Below, one piece after another: positions 50,925-63,877 of a stretch of 64,000 nucleotides of DNA (position 1 is its first letter; every line of letters begins with the position of its first letter). The notes under the pieces were generated by a model. It was given only the letters and a program-made list of their open reading frames with translations. It made no database searches and was not told the DNA's origin. Location: NCBI RefSeq assembly GCF_018350175.1, contig NC_058368.1, positions 134,294,001 through 134,358,000 on the forward strand, in the 5' to 3' direction. The DNA comes from Felis catus (taxonomy: Eukaryota). The position numbers and the translations under genes were made by a program.

Positions 50925-51299
50925 TGTTAGCATGCAGTTATTACGTTTTTCCTGTGGAAGCAGTTAAGGGACCCCACTGTTCATCTTTAATTTCCCAGAC
51001 ATCGAGAGGTGGGGGATCCATTTTCCTGGGGTGGAGCTGAGAAGAGAACAGTTGAATTAGAGCTTGCATTCAGAACAGAAGCTCCCTGATTTCCTGGATG
51101 CCTGGGGGTAGGGGTAGGGGATGGGGAATAGTTGTCCTGGTAAACAGCTTCGTTGGTGTCATTCCACAAGTCACTCATGCAAATGTCAGCTTGGAGCCCT
51201 TCTACGCACTTTGTGACCATGTAATTCCTTTTAAATCCTTTAACAGAATTCACCAGCTAGAGTGGTTTCATTATCTGCTGGTGAATTCTGACTGATCCA
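50925..51299 (+). mobile_element. Old ERVL/MaLR-class LTR (LTR33-like 3' end)
   Basis: Ends ...AGCTAGAGTGGTTTC...CTGACTGATCCA like LTR33/MLT1 termini; 5' boundary uncertain. Confidence 0.5.
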
Positions 51300-53916
51300 T
51301 CCATGTAAGGTATATATTCATCGTTGTGGCTGAATTGAGCCATGTTTTGTTTAACCTGAGCCCCTATCTTTCAATTTAAAAACTGGATTTTTGTCCATGA
51401 GGAAAAAAGAAGTTAATCCTGAGAAAACTACTCTACAGTCCAAACTTATGATCCTAGTTAAGAACAGCTCTCTTTCTCATTGTTACCCCCACCCTTCCTA
51501 TGCATATGCATTCTTCCCAAGCTTGAGTGCTCAAGTCGTATTTGTGATGATCATAAATGATCATAACATCTTGTGTACTGACACTTGCCCCATCCATGTC
51601 TCAAAATCCCTTCCCATTTGGAAAGGCAAGAGTGATTCCTCTACTGCCTGGCCAATAAATAAGAAACAATTTTTTTTTTTCATTTCTTTCAGGAGTCAAA
51701 ACCAAACAAGAGTTTTATCATATAATTTCATAGATTGGCTTATAGCTACCAAAGAAAGAAAGAGAACCAAATGTACTAAGAAACACAATTTTGTTTTCAC
51801 ATCATATTTGTGATGACTACAGTTTTTTATATTAGGCATCTCTGATTTTTCAGGAGTATTTTCTACACACAAAGGGTTACAATTGCTTTTGGTGTTGGAA
51901 ACTGATGGTCCAGCCAGGGGACAGATGGGAAGATAAAAAGCAGGAAAAGGGGAGGGTGAAGAAGAGGAAGTGCCCAGCATGGCCAAAGCGGCCACAGATT
52001 CCCTGCACATGTAAGATTGAAGTTGCTTCGAGGTCCCTACCCCGCGTTTTAAATATAATTTTGAATTTTCCAAGTGTTTTTTTCCAAGTGTTTTTAGACC
52101 TTCTAGGTTGGTAGTTGGAAGATATTAAACCTTTCCCCAGAAGCTGTTGAGATGGCGTCTCGTACAGAGGGATGAATGGCCATTCTCTATAGGATTTTTA
52201 CACAGTGACTTTTATTCTAAGGAAGCAGAGTAGCCAGAGTCTCCATCCTCCACAAGACCATCTCAAGTGCTTTTTGTAGATTATCTCATTGCCTTTCCCA
52301 AAACGGGTTCTATTTAGCAGAGCAGGGGGGGTCATGACAGTTTTTTTTCTTTTTTTCTTTTTTAACTTGGGCTCTCCAACTAAGGAGGTTTCCTTCCTCA
52401 TTACCTTTGATCTTTCTTTGAAAATCATCTCAAAGAGTAGCCCCCAGTATACAGCAGCTTCACTCCCAGATGGTGCGGGGATATGTACAGTTAGGCTTGC
52501 ACTTTCAAGGGAGGTGGAAGGAGAGACCTGGCAGCCTAAACTAGACCAAGACAAATGTGATCTTTGTGAAAGCAGGAACATTAAAGATTATCTTCATATA
52601 CAGTGAGCCGAACCTAAATCCCACATGGAGATTGATAGACTTAGAGACACAAGCTTTGTTTACACCCTCCTTCCTATTCAGTGTGTGTTTATCATGTTTA
52701 ATTTATTGCTGGTTTTATGCATTTTTCTTTCACTGGTTATGGAGGTTTGTGGCTTGCCTTTTAACTTTGCAAAAGTTTGGTACAATGGAAATTTAGAACA
52801 CCAAAACATTTTCCAAACAATTGCAAAATGAACTATGTCCCCAACTAATTTGATTTGGAGGAAAGAAAGAACAAAGTCTTGTTAACAGAGAGCCCTAAAA
52901 TATAATTACTCACACGTGCAAACATGTTTAAGTGTGGGTTCTCAGCGAATGCTTATCATGCAGCACTTTCTTGCTCTAACTGTTGCCCATTAAAAACCTC
53001 CTGTGCCATATGCAGGTGTGATTATACAGCCAACTGCCAATTCTCACTGGCTCAAGGATCCTTTTGAAAATGTCCAGATGGATATGAATGTCGGATTTGG
53101 CAGTTAAATTATAGAGCCCAATATATCTCTTCTAAGTACTAAGGCACTGAAGCACAGTATCGATGTTTTCCCCCACTCCTAACTAGATTTCAAAAGAACA
53201 GTTTGGTTTTTTTAAGCTGGGAATTATATTTCCTCATTTCTTCTGAATCTCGGGATAAACTTTGTTATGGCTTTTATCACTTTTCTTCAGTCCACATATC
53301 TTAGGAACAACATCAAAAGCTTTTTTTTTTTTTTTTGGTAAGCCAAAAGTCAGTCAGAAATTGGCTTTTGAGGTGACCGGGTGTATTTAAACAAGTGCAG
53401 AGAGAAGGGGGGAATAAAGCAGTGGTATTATAGCTCCCCAGAGCCTGCCATCTGCCCTCCAGAGAAATGAAATGGTTTACGGGAGAAGGACATGAGAACA
53501 GAGTGACAGAAAGGCATCTCCTTGGTTCTTGACGATATGAATCACAAATGCAAACATCTGTCACCCCCAGGAAAACAAGGTTCAGCAGCAGGTTGTTATC
53601 AGCTGCTGTGGGAATGCGCCACAAATGTCGTCGTTACAATTTCTCCTTGCCCAGATTGGAAGTCCTCAGTGGTAGTCCAGAAACTCTGGGGAATTGGTCA
53701 TCTTTTCACATAATTCGTGTGACTGATGGGATGTGGATTTGCTTCATCTAATGTGCTGTGCATCCCCAGAGCAGTGCTTAAGGTAGGATTGTTGAGTGCG
53801 GTGCTGTCCCATGATAGACCCAGTGCAGCATACGTAGGGGACATGGCAAGAGGAGGCATGAGGAGTTTTAAAGAGCAAGGCATGGGGAGTGGGGGGAAGA
53901 AAGGACATGGTGCGTA

Positions 53917-54105
53917 TTTTTTTTGTTTATTTATTATTTGTGAGAGAGAGAAAGAGTGGGGAGGGGCAGAGAGGGGAAGACAGAGGATCCAAAGCAGGCT
54001 TAGCACTGTCAATGCAGAGTCCAGTGTGAGGCTCGAACTCAAGAACTGCGAGATCATGACCTAAGCTGATGTTGGACACTTAAGCGACTAAGTCACCCAG
54101 GCACA
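53917..54105 (-). mobile_element. Can-SINE
   Basis: Antisense body; partial TSD atggtg. Confidence 0.92.
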
Positions 54106-54407
54106 CCAGAAATGGTGTTTTTATACAGTTCCTGGCTCAGTCTAGGTATAGAGCAACCGCATGACAGCATTTGTATGGCAGGTTACAGCACATTGATGGT
54201 TTGAAGCACAGTTGGCGTGCGGGTCTAGGGGTAAGCTGTCAAGAGGTCTAAGATTCCTATTGTCAATCAGCCAGGTGACAGCCAAACTTCACGTTCACAT
54301 ATTTTATATTAGGAATATGGGTCGGAATAAACATTTTAGATGAAATATATAGGTAAAGTAGAAAAAAATTGGGGAGTCATGTAACTTCATTTTACATTTA
54401 AAGTGCT

Positions 54408-54646
54408 TTTTTTTGAGGATTAAAATTTTTTTTAATTTTTATTTTTGAGAAAGAGAGAGAGAGAGAGTGAGCACGCATGAGTGGGGGAGGGGCAGAGAGG
54501 TGCGGGGGAGACACAGAATCCGAAGCAGGCTCCAAGCTCTGAGCTGTCAGCACAGAGCCTGAACACGGGGCTCGAACTCACAAACCATGAGATCAGGACG
54601 TGAGCCGCAGTCGGACACTTAACCAACTGAGCCACCCGGGAGCCCC
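54408..54646 (-). mobile_element. Can-SINE
   Basis: Antisense body ending CCGGGAGCCCC. Confidence 0.93.
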
Positions 54647-54874
54647 TAAAATACTTTTAAGTGTAAACAGTGAGGTAGGCAGAGGAAGCAGGTAATAAAC
54701 AAAATTAAAGCAGTGGCCTCACATTTTCTAGCCTGAGGGTACATTCCTTTCAGGCCAAGTCTCTCTGAACAACCTACCCCATCTACTCATTCCTTACGTA
54801 GATACAGCTTAAGGGTTTGTCCAAATTGCATAGTTCACTTCGTTTGAACGTCACAGAAATGTGTACTCATGACT

Positions 54875-55793
54875 CATAGACATCTCAAATGCAGCATGCC
54901 TCAAGTTGAACTCCTGGTCCGGCCCTAAAACCTGTGTTCTGTCTCATTGATGGCAAGTCCAGCCCTCCCATTACTCAGACTGAAAACCTCAGTGTCACCC
55001 TGATTCTTTACTTGCTCTCAACACCCTACATCCAATGGTTCCAAATATCCTCGTGCTTCTGCTTTCAAAATACTTTCCATCACTTCTGCTGTGGCTGCAG
55101 TGGGACTGAGCACATATCCCATCCTCTGTTTTTACTGTAATAGTCTCCTTCTGTTTTTACTGTAACAGTCTCCTTACCAGCACCTTTGTGATGAGCATTA
55201 TTCAGTCAGAGGAAACTTGCAGACATAAATCGGATGGATCATCATCACTCCTTTACCCCAGACTTCCCAATGGCTTCCTATTTCATTCAGAGTAAAAGCC
55301 CACATCCTCATCATGCCCCCAGAGTGCTAACAACCTGACTGGTAACCTCATGCCTTACCTGCCTCCCCCTCGCACCCAACTCCTTGTTCTTTAAATACTC
55401 CAGACATGCTACCACCACCTTAGGGCCTTGCCCTGCTGTTCCCTCCACCTAGCACGCTCTCCCCACATGGCTGACTGCCTTGTTCTCCTACTTGATCTTT
55501 GCTCAGAAGTTACCTTCGCCCCGCCCATTCTATTTATTGTAACCGAGCCTCTCCAGCCTCTGGAACAGCTTACTTGCTTTATTTCCTTGCCCTTAAATAA
55601 TTTACACATTTAATCATACTCTACCATATAGTCATTTGCTATGTTCACAGTCTATCACCCCCAATAGACTATAAGCACCATGAAGGCAGGTTTTTTTTCC
55701 CCTCTGGTTTGATCACTAATGTGCCCTAACTGCTTGGAACAGTGCTGGCACATAGTGGGTGCTCAATAAATATTTGTTGAATGAATGAATGAA
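54875..55793 (+). mobile_element. L2 (L2a-like) 3' end
   Basis: GACATCTCAAATGCAGCATG...GGCACATAGTGGGTGCTCAATAAATATTTGTTGAATGAATGAATGA. Confidence 0.9.
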
Positions 55794-55827
55794 GTCGTCT
55801 CTGTCATAATGTTATCAGATCATACTT

Positions 55828-56038
55828 TATTTATGTAGTTAGTTAGTTAGTTATTTTTAAATGTTTATTTGTGAGAGAGAGGGAGCCTGAGCAGGGGAGT
55901 GGTAGTGGGAGCAAAGGATGTGAAGCGGGCTGTGCACTGACAGCAGCAAACCTGACGTGGGGCTCGGACTCATGAACTGTGAGATCGTGACCTGAGCCGA
56001 AGTTGGACACTCAACTGACTGAGCCACCCAGGCAACCC
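55828..56038 (-). mobile_element. Can-SINE
   Basis: TSD cagatcatact / cagattatact. Confidence 0.92.
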
Positions 56039-56259
56039 CAGATTATACTCTTACATTCCAGAAATATTTATAAGGAGTTTTCACCTTTGTGTGGCATTAT
56101 ATAAACCTGTGTGGCAGGCATTACCATAATCCCAATTTAAAGAGTGAGAACCAAAGGCAAGAGAACTGAAGAATCTAATTTAACACAACAAGGAAGTGCT
56201 AGAGCCAGAATGGAAACCTATGTCTCTCCTACTGCAGAACCCAGACTCCTCACCCCTGC

Positions 56260-56670
56260 TTACAATAGCAAGAAAACAGAAGACCTGGTTACAAAGTGGG
56301 CAAAAGATATGAACAGACACTTCACCAAAGAAGGTATATGGAGATAAACACATGAAAGAGATACTCAGCATCATTTGTTACTAGGGAAATGTCAATTAAA
56401 AACAAGACAGTATCAGTCCACACCTGTTAGAGTGACTAAACTTGAAAAGCCTAACCATACAGAGTGTTGGTGAGAATGTGGAGAAACTGGAATCTCACAC
56501 ACTACTGGTGGGGATGTAAGATGTTGCAACTGCTTTGGAAAAGTTTAAGGGTTTCTTTAAAATTTAAACAAACGGGTCATTTGCTCAATCTTCTTAACTT
56601 CTCTGTGTCTCCGCAGGAGAAATGAAAGCATATGTCCTACAAAGATTTGGGCATGAGCGGTCATAGCCGC
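56260..56670 (+). mobile_element. Ancient LINE-1 (L1ME-like) ORF2 3' fragment
   Basis: KWAKDMNRHFTKE peptide. Confidence 0.85.
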
Positions 56671-57299
56671 AAACCGGATGGAAGTGACTGAAATTTTTAC
56701 AGGTTTCAACTGATTTCACTCTTCTTATTTCCACCCCATTGTTTTCATTTCCCTCTTCTCTTTTTCCATGGTAAGGCTATTGCTTTACACACTCTAAATT
56801 CATTCTGTCCCTGCTAGCTTCTTCCAGAAGATTGTTGAGTCTCCTTGCCTTCTTGCAGACATTAGAGGAATTGCCTTTTCACAGAGTCATGACATATTCC
56901 TTGGGGATTCTCAGGAAGAAACAAAATGAACCGGATCCTTCTCATCGTGTGTGAGGACACGCCAAGGACAAGCCCTGTAGGTGTTTCCTTACTTTTCTTC
57001 CACCAAACTGCTGGACTCTAAGAAAGACAAGGTCTTGGTGAGAGGCTGTCTTTCTTGCATTTGCTGCTGCTGGTGGAAAGGGAGCCACCCTGTCACCCTT
57101 CTCTGGTCTCTGTTTTTAATGCCTCGTACCTTTATGTCACCAGTGGGTGAGGTGGTGTGAACAAGTAAGGGTTCGCAGTTTCTTCCATCAAGTCCCTCCA
57201 GAAAGTCTTTGCAGAGTTCTGTGTCTCAGCTATCTGAGTGGTTTGGGAATTAGCAAAAGAAGTTTTAAAAGAGGAACTGGCATTTAAAAGAAAAGCCAT

Positions 57300-57527
57300 G
57301 GGGCGCCTGGGTGGCGCAGTCGGTTAAGCGTCCGACTTCAGCCAGGTCACGATCTCGCAGTCCATGAGTTCAAGCCCCGCATCGGGCTCTGGGCTGATGG
57401 CTCAGAGCCTGGAGCCTGTTTCCGATTCTGTGTCTCCCTCTCTCTCTGCCCCTCCCCTGTTCACGCTCTGTCTCTCTCTGTCCCAAAAATAAATAATAAA
57501 TGTTGAAAAAAAATAAAAAAAAATAAT
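57300..57527 (+). mobile_element. Can-SINE, young SINEC_Fc type
   Basis: Perfect TSD taaaagaaaagccatg. Confidence 0.96.
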
Positions 57528-58053
57528 AAAAGAAAAGCCATGCTAAAAAGGAAGACTAGGTCAGATTTTTACTTTAGGAACACACTTCTCTACCCCTTCC
57601 TATGTAGGCTGGGAACAAGCTAGCGAGTTCATACAGATGGTACCATATCACACTAAAGGAACACATCTTATATTTTTCGGGTCTGTTTTAATGTGAAAGC
57701 TATACAAAGAAACACAATGCCAATTTTGCATGTAAAATTCCACCGTTTTTTGTTTTTTTTTTTAAATTATCTGGCTGCTGATTTTTATTGTAGAGTTAAA
57801 GGTGAAAAGAAAAGATAATTTACAGTATTCTTTCATCACTTAAGGAATCCAACAGTTATCATGTTTCTTAATGTGTCTTAAAAATAATAGCAGTTTTTCA
57901 CAGCTCATCTTTCTCAGCTTGCGATGTGCCACATGTGTGATATGCTTTGGAGGAAGCTGGGGTATTACTCTTGAATAGATGCATGTTTATGTGTTGGCCC
58001 TGCCAGTCAGTAGCTGGGTGGCACTGAGCCTTCTTCACAGATGTCATGCACAT

Positions 58054-58276
58054 CAGGGGTTGACTAACATTTTCTATAAGAGCCAAATAATAATAGTTTG
58101 GGCTTTGTAGGAAAAAAAAATGTCTCTGTTGCACCTGCTACTCACTTCTGCCATTGTGGCTGGAAAACAGCCATAGACAATAAACGAATAGGTGTGGCTG
58201 TATTCCAATAAAACTTTATTCACAGTCACAAGCTTCAGCCATATTTGGCCCATGGACTGCAGTTTGCTAATCCCTG
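58054..58276. mobile_element. MER58A hAT-Charlie MITE
   Basis: TIRs CAGGGGTTGACTAAC / GTTTGCTAATCCCTG; degenerate 8 bp TSD atgcacat/atacagat; GTGGCTGTATTCCAATAAAACTTTATT. Confidence 0.9.
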
Positions 58277-61009
58277 ATACAGATAACGGTACCTTTCTCC
58301 CAGGGTTGCCCTGTGGGCTGTATGCCCTATGTCAAGTGAGTAGAGCAGGGCTGAGTTTGACATCAGCTCTAAAACAGAGTCAGCTCCCTTATCCAGTGCT
58401 TCCGTAAGTCCCGGTGCTTCCACCTGTGATCTCAGTTACAATGTGCTCGGGTGAGGGGATGTGTGTGTCAGCACAGTATCAGACTGTTCAGGGAAGAGTT
58501 TCTCTTTGCATCCTTTTTACTGCGTGTGAAAGTACTTTTAAATCTCTGAGCACAGAACGAATGACACTTGTTCTTGTTTTTGGTTTTGGCTTTCCTTCCC
58601 GGTGTCAGGGCAAGGAGAGAGAAAAGCATTCCCAGAGAAAGTGACCCCTTGGCCCAAAGAAGCCTCTTTATTAAATCTTCCTGTAGAGTTTTGAGAGAAA
58701 GCAGAACCGATTGGACGGTACATTTCCCCCCTTCTGGATAGGTTTTCTGATTTTGTGATAAAGAAGGTCAATGTGTATGTAAGATTTGAGTTTGAGAAAA
58801 GATGGCATGTTTCAACAATTTCTGTTTGAGCCTCATTCCAACGCGGCAAGATAAAGAAGATTTACAGGAAAATCGCCACTGCTTTTGAGTTAGTAGCAAG
58901 AAATAGAGTGTGCCCTATCACTGGTTTAGGCAATAACCCTAAAAGTTAAATTTGTTGGGAGTCTTTTAAATTTTTTTTAGAAAGTGATACATTTCTACTT
59001 TACAATATTTGGAAAATGTAGGAAAGTATATAGGCAACAAACAAAGAAACAAAACCCAACAAAGCTTTACTCTCCCCATCTCATGTTGACAATCGGTCTT
59101 TTACTCCTTCTCATCTCTTACAATAGATGGAGACCCTCTCCATTGTTTTAGTTTTCAAAATTGGAGTCATACGCCATGTTCATAGGGTTACATCTGTAAG
59201 TTGCTCTTTTCACAATAATGGCGTGAAGGGAACACATTCCCATGTCTTTAAAAACTGTGTACGACATGGTTTTAAATGGCTGCAGAGGATTCCAAATGTT
59301 GAGATAACACATTTGGAGGCTGACCTTTCAAGACTGCCTTTAGGAACATTGACTCCTCCTCAGCACCTTTGTCAGAATTCGGAAAAGGAAAAGAAAGAGA
59401 CAGAGAGACAGAGAAAGAGAGGCAGGCAGGGAGGGATGGATTAAGACTCAAATCCGTTCATTTGTCTCCTTTTTAAAGCAGCGAAAGGTTTGGTGCAGGA
59501 GAATCCTAAACCAACACGATTGTCCTTTCCAGCAGTCAGAGCTACAGTGAGGCAAGTGGGCAGGAGTCTGATGTGGCAAGAGGTTAGCAGGAGCCCCACG
59601 TCAGCGGCCAACCTGTACAAGCTGGGATATTGTCCCAGCCACAGGGCTGCATGGTGACACTTCGGGAGTTGACAGCATCTTTTCCTATGCAGAACCAGCA
59701 CATGCCTGCCCCATCTTGATTAATTTTGTTGTTTCATCTTAGACATTCTCCTGTCACAGAACATTCCATGCTTGTGTGGAGCCATAATGAGTTACCCCAG
59801 GGATAACCTCTTTAGAACTAATAATTCTGTTACTCTTAGAGTAGTGAATTGTCTAAAGATACAAAGCAATACGTTAATAACACTTAATATTATAACATTT
59901 GTGTCTGGATGGGTATGAAACATTGTATGTTAGCAATTAACCCCTTTGTTTGTGGCATTGATGAATGAGATTAGAGTTGGATTTAAGGATTTGTTAGATG
60001 ATAAAGTCCAGTGACCTTAATTACTCTAATCTTATCTGACCTAGATGAATGAAATGTGTTTCCTGCACATAAAATGGTAAGCATTGTTACCTTATCATGT
60101 GTAGCTGCTGGTCAGATCTCTGATGTTAAAAACAAGAGTGGAATGAGAAATAATGAAGCAAAGACTAATTTATCCATAAATCTCCAAAAACAAAATTAAA
60201 GGTACCTCAGGTCTGGGTCTCATAACATATCCCTTCAATCCTTTTCTAATTTCTACCTAAAATTTTCTTTCTTGCTCCCAATTGTAAGAGTTTTACCTAC
60301 ACATTGTGAAAACAAAAACTTGCAGAGAGAACGTTAAAAAACAAAAAACAAACAAAAAACCATGATCTAATTATACAGATATAACCAATGTTTACATTTT
60401 GGTCTGTACCCTTCTAACAAATTTTCTTCCATGCATATATACATAGAAATGAATATTTATTTTCCTAATATGTACGAATGGGAACATATTATACATATTG
60501 TTTAATAACATTCTCTTTTTTATGGTAAACAGTATGTCTTGGGCCAATATTGTTCCTCTTCATTCAGAACACAGAGACTTAATTGTCTTCCTCTTCAGAA
60601 CAGCTGCTCCCACCCCCCCCCCACTTCTAAAGGTCTGTCCCCCACACTCACTGCAGAAGACAATACAGCCTTCCCATATTCTACTTCCCTGACTGTGCAC
60701 GAAGCTCACCACACAGGCCGTTGTTAAGGATTTCACTGCTAATTGAGTAGGAAAGCAGATGATAGAAAAATAACCACCATGGTAGGTTCTATAGATTTGA
60801 TGTACTTAGACCTTCCTGGTTCCCTAGCTGGGTGGTCCCTGGGTGGCATGAAAGGCTGTTGTTTGTCATCTCTGATCATGAGTAGAAAGCACATCAAATT
60901 TCCCCTCACTTAGGCCTTTTCCTACCTTCACCCTCTGTAGGTCAGTGATTCTCAAGCTATCTGGGAGAAGATTCAGTTGCTTTTTGTTGTGTTTTCCTTC
61001 TAAGCGTTC

Positions 61010-61920
61010 TTTTGTTGTGTGTGGTAGAATACACATCATATAAAGTTTACTCTTTTGCCGCATGTAAGTGTGCAGTTCCGGGTCATGAAGTACATTCATT
61101 GTATGTTCAAATACACTCAGTGTGTATTCATACATTGTTGTGCCACTGTCACTACCGCCGTCCGTCTCTAGAACATTTTTCATCTTCCCAAACTGAAGCT
61201 CCATGCTTGTTAAATGGTAATTCTCCATTGTCCTCTTCCCCCTGCCCCTGGCACCATAGTTCTACTTTTTGACCCAAAGTCAGTCTGACTGTTCTCGGTA
61301 CCTCAGGTACCGATTGGAATCATAGTATTTGTCTTTGTGTGACTGGCTTATTTCACTTAGCATAATGTGTTCAAGGTTCATTCAAGTTGTGGCATATGCC
61401 AGAATTTCCTTCCTTTTAAGGCTGGATGGCATTCCCTTGTATCAAATATACCACTTTTTTAATCCATTCACTCTGCCTCTTGGCTCTTGTGAATAATACT
61501 GCTTTGAGTATGACTGTACAAATACTGTTTGAGCCACTGTTTCAATGATTTCAAACCAGTGAAATTGTCAGATCATGTGCTAATTCTGTCTCTAATTTTG
61601 GGGGGAACCACCATACTGTTTTCTACTGAGTCTGTACTATTTTATAGTCCCATGATGGACAAGGCTTCCAATCTTCCCTTTGCCAAGACTTGTTGTTTTC
61701 TGGGCACTTATTGTTGCTGTTGTCTGATAGTAGCCATCCTAATAAGTATGAGGTGGGCATCTTATTGTGGTTTTGATTTGCGTTTTTCTAATAATTAGTG
61801 ATTTTGAGCATCTTTTCATGTGCTTATTGGCCATTTGGGTATCTTCTTTGGTGAAATGTCTATTCAAGTCATTTGCTCATTTTTTAATTGAATTGTTTGG
61901 GTTTTTGTTGTTTTGCTTTG
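61010..61920 (-). mobile_element. L1MB-like 3' fragment
   Basis: GACTGGCTTATTTCACTTAGCATAATG, GAGCATCTTTTCATGTGCTTATTGGCCATT. Confidence 0.9.
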
Positions 61921-62024
61921 TTTTTGACCTCACTTGCATGATAAATTAATACTTTTAGAAAATACAGTAAAATTACTATCACTGAATTACTGGATACCAA
62001 GATGAAGGATGTTGAGTCCCAGGA

Positions 62025-62460
62025 CATCTTTTTCTAGCCATAATGAAGTAAAAGGGATCCATTTACCCTCCCACCTTAAATGATTAGGAAACCAGCAAAA
62101 TATATAAAACAATGGTTTTCAGATATTGGACAAGAGTCCCTTTAGCAGTATGATCCTTCCAGAGAAGGAAAGAAACAAGATGTCTCAGTTTACCGCTTGG
62201 AGGCAGGCCAAAAGCATACCTAGGGGGGATCAAACTGATCCATGGTAACATACCTGTATTTCAGAACAAAGTTGACTACTCTGTAAAGAAATACGGCTAA
62301 ATCCAGGACCCTGCAGTAGGAATTCACAGTCACCACAATCCAGTCAAAAAATTACCAGCTATGCAAAGAAGCAGGGTATATGATCTATAAGCAGAAAGAA
62401 AAATCAACTGTTAGAAGATGAACTGTAATAAAAACGAAACAGAAATAAAAGACATAAAAT
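62025..62460 (+). mobile_element. Probable ancient L1 5' region fragment
   Basis: ATTTACCCTCCCACC...AACAATGGTTTTCAGATATTGGACA motif recalled from old L1M 5' ends. Confidence 0.5.
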
Positions 62461-63877
62461 ATAAGCCCCATTTTAAAAAATATTAGGTTTAATAGATAAA
62501 AAATTATTCTCTCAGGTTGCTGTAGTGGCTTCTAAATGTTTACTCCCAGCTTCTATTTTTATAGCTCCATGGGCTGGTAACAATTCACAGGCCATCACCC
62601 CATCAATAGACGACATTTGCTGTAGCCCTGCTTAGACCAGTTTTGTTTTTAATTCCCGGCAGATTGACTTGGATACTTGGTAAGGGCACAATCTGCTTTT
62701 GACTACGTTGCCATACAAAAGTCTAGTGTCTCTAAGTGAATTTCATATCTCAAGGAATTCCAGACAGAGTGGATCCCACCTCAATTGGTGTTCAGCACCA
62801 TGCCAGACCCTGAGGGAACACCTGAGGTGTGGTCCTCAGAGTGAAGTGTGGCTGGGATATTTAGGAGAAGCCTAATTAGCAATGTCATTTTAGATAACTA
62901 GAGACACAAGGTTTTAAGTAAAACCCTTCGGAGCCTAATTATTTCTTATTTTAGCATGAACTTTAGAGGAAACTACTAAATCATTCTGGAAATAGGTCCT
63001 CAGTTCACAAGATGCTGGGAGCTAATTATTTAATGCATTCAATTGCATGCATATTGTAACTGCAATATGCATTTTATTATGTACATTTCTGTAAAATGTA
63101 CATTTTATATTGGAAGAGCCCCTGCCGACCTCTAACCCGCTACCCCTATGAGGCAAATGTCCGTGGACACATTATTCCAGAAAAGAATGGAGTGTTTTAG
63201 GTTCTGTTAATTAGCAGCTTTCCTTTATACTCTCAAAGATTTCTTCTCAGCCTCTCCAGGTTCACTAGTTAACTAATACATGTTAACTATCTATAGCTGT
63301 ATGTCTCTGCATGTTTACTTATTTCATTTATTCAGATCTGCTCAAGAAATGTACAGTATCTGAGGGGTTAATTTAAAAATTACACAATTGGCCTCTGATA
63401 TAATTTTCTAGAAGACAGCACTGTTGAATTCAAGTTAGATAGTTTTTGTTATTTTCTGTGGCAAAAGCATATCTGCCTGAGGGCAAGGAGTAGGGTCCTT
63501 AGGTGTGGGCAGTGGAATCATTCAGCAAGTGCTGGTTGCCTCACATCTCCATCATTTACAGAGGCTCATCATTCTCTTTGGTTTCCCCCAGAATCATCAG
63601 GGTCCATTTCCTAGGATGGGGCCATTTTGATCTGTTGGTGAGGAAAACCATTAGGTGGCAGAGCACAGAGGGATGCCTGCCTTATCTGGGTGTTGGCACA
63701 TAGACCTCGAGTGCTCAGAAGAATGACAGAGGTCATGCCCTCCCTGGGCTAGGTCAGAAGTGAAAGAGTGCAAATGGTCTTTTCATTGTTTTCTTAACTT
63801 AAATTCAAGTTAGTTAACATGCAGTGTAGTCTTGCCTTTAGGAGGAGAACCCAGGGATTCATCTCTTACATATGACA

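Noticed and set aside
43405..56038. Six consecutive antisense SINEs suggesting strand bias
   Set aside because: Window total is about 11 plus and 14 minus, so there is no reliable bias
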